The position numbers were made by a program, and so were the translations under genes. Below the pieces are notes generated by a model that worked only from the letters and a program-made list of their open reading frames with translations, made no database searches and was not told the DNA's origin. Below are positions 50,846-55,338 of a stretch of DNA of 55,338 nucleotides, one piece after another. This stretch comes from Catajapyx aquilonaris (taxonomy: Eukaryota): positions 1 through 55,338 of the forward strand of contig JYFJ02002528.1 in assembly GCA_000934665.2 (NCBI GenBank), read 5' to 3'. Numbering within the stretch: position 1 is the first letter of the stretch; every line of letters begins with the position of its first letter.

Positions 50846-53800
50846 ACCCGTGCAGTCCAAGTCATTTCCTTGCTTTTATTTCGATGTCATCCTCCATCCT
50901 GTATTCTTGTCTGATCTGTCACCCGCCCTTATAGGGGCTGGACCCATAATTGGCTGATGAGGATGAGCTCGCTAGTTTTTTGCGCTTTAATCATTCTTAA
51001 ATCAAAACAATTTAGCTGAAAAGTACAGACTTGTCCAGATTTTTAAAGTTTATGTCTATTAGTTTGAGAATAAATATATCCTAAACTTATTTATAACGAG
51101 ATCTACAATTGGTTGGTCTGTCTGGTTTTAACTGATTCACCGTTGTATCTTGTTGGACATCTTGCTCATGTTTCCTGTCAGTTGTGTACAATAAATCTGA
51201 TCGAACAATGTTCACCACAATTTGTTCTACGGCTCTTTACTGATACACCTCTACAAATATAGGCGTAGGCTTGTATATGAATAATTTATCCATACTTTAC
51301 AAGTACAAGTACCGGTACCTTGGCTTACGATACAAGTATCCCTACGTAATGAAATAACCACTGAACAAAATCAAGTCGAGAAACCCTGGTCAGAACCCCG
51401 CTTGTCTGATACAGTTACCAAACCAAGTCCAGTTCCTTCCATGAGGCTACCAAACCATCCAAAAAAGGCAACAGAAGCGAAAAAGCATCTTGGCAAATCC
51501 CTGGTCCTATTGCCCCGATTTTTATATGATTTGAGCCTGAATCGATCCGCACCGGATAATCCTACAAATTATGGCAAAACGAGCCAGCCGTTCAGCTCCT
51601 GATGACTTTTAAAGCTCCCGACACGGGCGACATTTTTGGTGGGGGAGAAGAGGCTGGTGGGTGGGCTTCCGACAGCTGCACTGGAAGTTGGTAAATGATA
51701 CCCTTTCATCTGAAGTAAGCTGTACCAACAATTTCGCCCCGGATACAGAAAAAAACGCGTTGAGCTTCCATGAAAGCAAAGGAACATAAAGAAACTCTAC
51801 ATCTCCATTGCCAATTCCTATGCCGACGCCGAGGATCTTTGGGACCTGCCGTCCGCTTCCAAATGCTCCGTGTGGTTACTCTCGGATCCGGGGCCTCTCT
51901 CGGCTCTATTACCTCCTTTCCCTTTTGTGAGGCAGCGCGAGTCCCATCCACAACGCTTGAACAAAAGCTGCTGGAACAGTCGAGCCCAGGGACTTTCCGC
52001 CCGGACATCTTTCCAACGCATGTCGACGAAACGAGATTCCTGGCAGTTCGGAATTGAAAAGGGTTCGACTTTCAGCCGGGCTTAGCGTTCCTTGCCTTTG
52101 GGTGGGGGTAGGGGTGCTATGGACAGGGTGGCACGGAGGAAGCCATGGGGACCAGGGTTACCACAGTCTTAAGTAGGAAAATCACGAAACGGAAGATAAG
52201 ATGCCGAATCTAGGCTGAGGGCTTAGGAAATAGAAGACCAGCCAACCCTGAAGACTATTCCGCGCCTTCAGATGGATCGGATTTAATAGTAAGAATCATG
52301 CGATTCATGCGTGCGTGGCACTCTTACGCCAGTTGCCATAGGTTGCGTGCAGGAGCCTCCCCCAATGAAGTTCTTGTCATCAGTATAAAAAAAAGTCTGA
52401 GGATTGAAATGGAAGGCATTAGTTGCGTTTAGGAAAGCACGGGGTTCAAGGAGCATGAAATCCTTATTAGCAAACAAAACTACCCTCATTGTCATCCAAA
52501 TTTCTTTCCTACAACCATATGGCTACCATAGAAACATGAGGAGGGTGTGCAAGAGCGTAGTGTGTAATGCTTACGAGCTTACCCAAGACAGCACGCTCTA
52601 ACTCGGCGAGATCGCTTTTCTAGCCAATTTTGGTAATTCTGTCAGTAGACATAATGGCATTAATAGTATTTGATATGACACTATCGGTAGATTCGTATAA
52701 CAACACAACCAAGTGCGCAACCAAAATACATGACAAATCATATAATAAGGGACACCTTAGACTATATTAATGCAGTAAATAAAAATATTATTAATCGACT
52801 GTTTAAATTACACTCAAAAAACTTCAGTTGAAAAAGACTGGTTCCTTTGTACTTGATCAAATAAGGCGCCCCCACGTCATCGTTGGTGACCCGAGCAATA
52901 GGACCCTATATCCCTTTAGGTTGATTCGTGGACTTGGGCGATTGGTGCGGACGGGGAAAGATGGTAGAGAGAAGGAAGGTCGAAAAATAAAATAAAAAAA
53001 ATCGGAAAATTTTCCCGGCTTTCTCCGACGTTTTCCCCACCCTTTCCTCCTCCAACCCTCTACCTCCAACCTCCCCTCCCCCAGCCATCTCTTTCGCTCT
53101 CTCGCTCCGGCGCAGCATCGGCTTTCCTGCGGGAGATGGAATTTTCCTGGATAAATCCATTGAGCGTGGCAACCTTGCTGGGAAAGAGGAGAGAGAGTTT
53201 GGTGCATACGGAGTCTCCCATTGCTGGAATTCAATTGTGAAGGGAAAGGAGAAAAGCAGGCGAAGGACTGGGTGGGGGAGGGGGTGGGGAGGAAAAAGTA
53301 TTGAAAATGCGCCTTGGGGCCTCCCACTCGGCATTATGCCATTGTAATAATATTTCGCTCTCCTGAAATGAAAAGAGAATAACTTACATATACGATGTCC
53401 ATGTTTTTGAACAGGTTCTGTAATTTTTTAAAGTTAAAAAAATTCACCGCGTACAAAATCAAAATTCGGAATTTATAGCATAATGTCGTAACAAAAGAGA
53501 GGCACGTGAATGACAATGTGAAATGGAAATTTGGAAAAGAAAACGAGGCAAAAGCTGCGAGAACAACGCATTGTATGACATGACAGGCTTCATACAGTTC
53601 TCTTTTGAATGGGAGCAGCGTCAAACTTTTTATATGGCTCCGGACATACAAAAGTACTGCATGTCTGCGATCAAAATGATTAAACTACATGGAGACATTG
53701 TGACTTGACACAAAACAGGATGGACCCTCATTACTCGGATAGGTCATTCACCTACGTTTCTTTACTCATTGAATCATATCGAATGTACCATCCTTTGTTC

Positions 53801-54644
53801 TTGTAGCCCACTGGAAAAAATGAGCAGCCAACAACAAATCAGTCCAGGCTATGGTTGTAAAAAGTCAGAAATATTGATCGTAAGAATTCTCTGATTATGT
53901 TTTCTGGATTTTAGCAAAAAAAACACTTTTTAGGGGAAAAATATGTTTTTGCAGAGTCTCACTTTTCCACAAACCTTTTGGCTCGTAGTATCCACTCTCA
54001 AGGTACATAACTATATCAATCTCTTCTGCTAATACTGCAGAACACTGAGTATTTATATAATCAGCGGAAATGAATTGAGGTATATGAGCCTACTAATATG
54101 AGCTGTACCTGTTTTTGTATGGATTTCCTGAAAAACAGTGGTATTCAAGAGCCAAGTACCCCCTCTGCGTATTTTTGCACGGATTTCCTATACTGTAGGC
54201 GGAGGGAACAGGAAGGAAGGAGAAGGCCCGAGTTTCTGCAGCATACTGTGTAGTGTATTATGATTGAGATTCAGTCATTACAGAAATTAGGATTCAGGGA
54301 AGATCTTGCCAGATTTTCTGCTCCTTATTACTTCAGCATGAATTATTCCAATTTCCTCTCATTCTGGATTATGATATGAGAGTGGATTTAGACTGCCTTG
54401 ATGTCATGTCTGAACTATATAAAGGTGGACTACTTCATAATCATTGAATACCCTGTCATTTGGAATTCATCTACTTGTATAAGTAATGTAGCCTACATTA
54501 TCTTCAAATTCATCAACTAAACCTGGTAATCTGATGAACATCTGCCCATTACGACAAAATTGATTCAAGGCAAGCTGTATCCCTGTCAAGACCCTTATAT
54601 GTATCGGATTATTTTTTAAAGACAATCATGCAAGGGGGTAATCA

Positions 54645-54910
54645 CTTCGGTACTCCGGTGTACACCTGCAGTGGTACTCTTCGGTACTCCTTTGGTACTC
54701 CTTGGTACTCTTCGGTACTCTTCGGTACTCCTTGGTACTCTTCGGTACTCGTCGGTACTCTTCGGTACTCTTCGGTACTCTTCGGTACTCCTTGGTACTC
54801 CTTGGTACTCTTCGGTACTCTTCGGTACTCCCAGGTACTCCCAGGTACTCCTCGGTACTCCTCGGTACTCCTCAGTACTCCTTGGTACTCCTTGGTATTT
54901 CCAGGTACTC
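54645..54910. repeat. 10-bp minisatellite (NNNGGTACTC), about 24 contiguous copies plus one detached upstream copy
   Basis: Units TTCGGTACTC, CTTGGTACTC, CCAGGTACTC and CTCGGTACTC run from about 54673 to 54910, with an isolated CTTCGGTACTCC at 54645. Confidence 0.95.
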
Positions 54911-55338
54911 CCGTCGGAAGGCGCGACGATAGAATTGATATGCTAACGTACGTAACAAGAGGAGACCAGATGGTTGAGAGGAGGAGGTGGGCAAAGGGGG
55001 GCATTCGGTAAACCATTGTTTCCTGCTGACAGAATCATGGATGGGATCAGGCGCTGCTGCCTATTCTACTTGCTAGGCCATGTCGTTTTGGCAAAGGGCA
55101 AAGGTTTTATGACACAATATGCATCATATTATAATCTCCAAGCCTTCTGGCATGGGCCTACTGGTAAACATTAGTAAAAGTAGTTAAAATTCCCCTCAGA
55201 GGCTTGAGGAAATGTTGGGTGAAAAAGAAGGCGATAATAAACTGGCCGCCGTGTTGAGTGATGCGATAAAATCGCAGACGTCTGCCCCGGGGCCGCCCTA
55301 GCTCTTCAGAGTTCTCCGGCTGCCCTTTTCAGGTCTCT

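Noticed and set aside
54628..55016. Overlapping ORFs of 76-127 aa on both strands
   Set aside because: They are open only because the 10-bp minisatellite lacks stop codons.
55320..55338. Acceptor-like CCCTTTTCAG|GTCTCT as the start of the next exon
   Set aside because: It would read G-L-(codon starting with T), not the expected GxPxP, and only 6 nt are visible.

Overview
This is eukaryotic genomic DNA, most likely from an arthropod, and it is almost entirely intronic. The only well-supported coding piece is one 111-nt, phase 1-1 exon (+ strand, 29502-29612). It encodes the N-terminal half of an Ig domain typical of the Sidestep family of nephrin-like IgSF guidance proteins. I recognised no neighbouring exon in about 29.5 kb upstream or 25.7 kb downstream. 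The introns carry a young tRNA-derived SINE with an intact 16-bp target-site duplication, three MITE-like inverted-repeat elements, a frameshifted mariner transposase remnant, a 10-bp minisatellite and several microsatellites. The other ORF-track entries look like chance or repeat-derived frames. I see no prokaryotic genes, CRISPR array or demonstrably new system. The most unusual signals are a degenerate ~41-bp tandem array whose conserved core resembles a CTCF site (10620-10890), a second CTCF-like cluster inside an inverted repeat (~16230-16310), and an apparent excess of TACAGTA/TACTGTA words matching Tc1-type excision footprints. Everything was read by eye; no searches were run.
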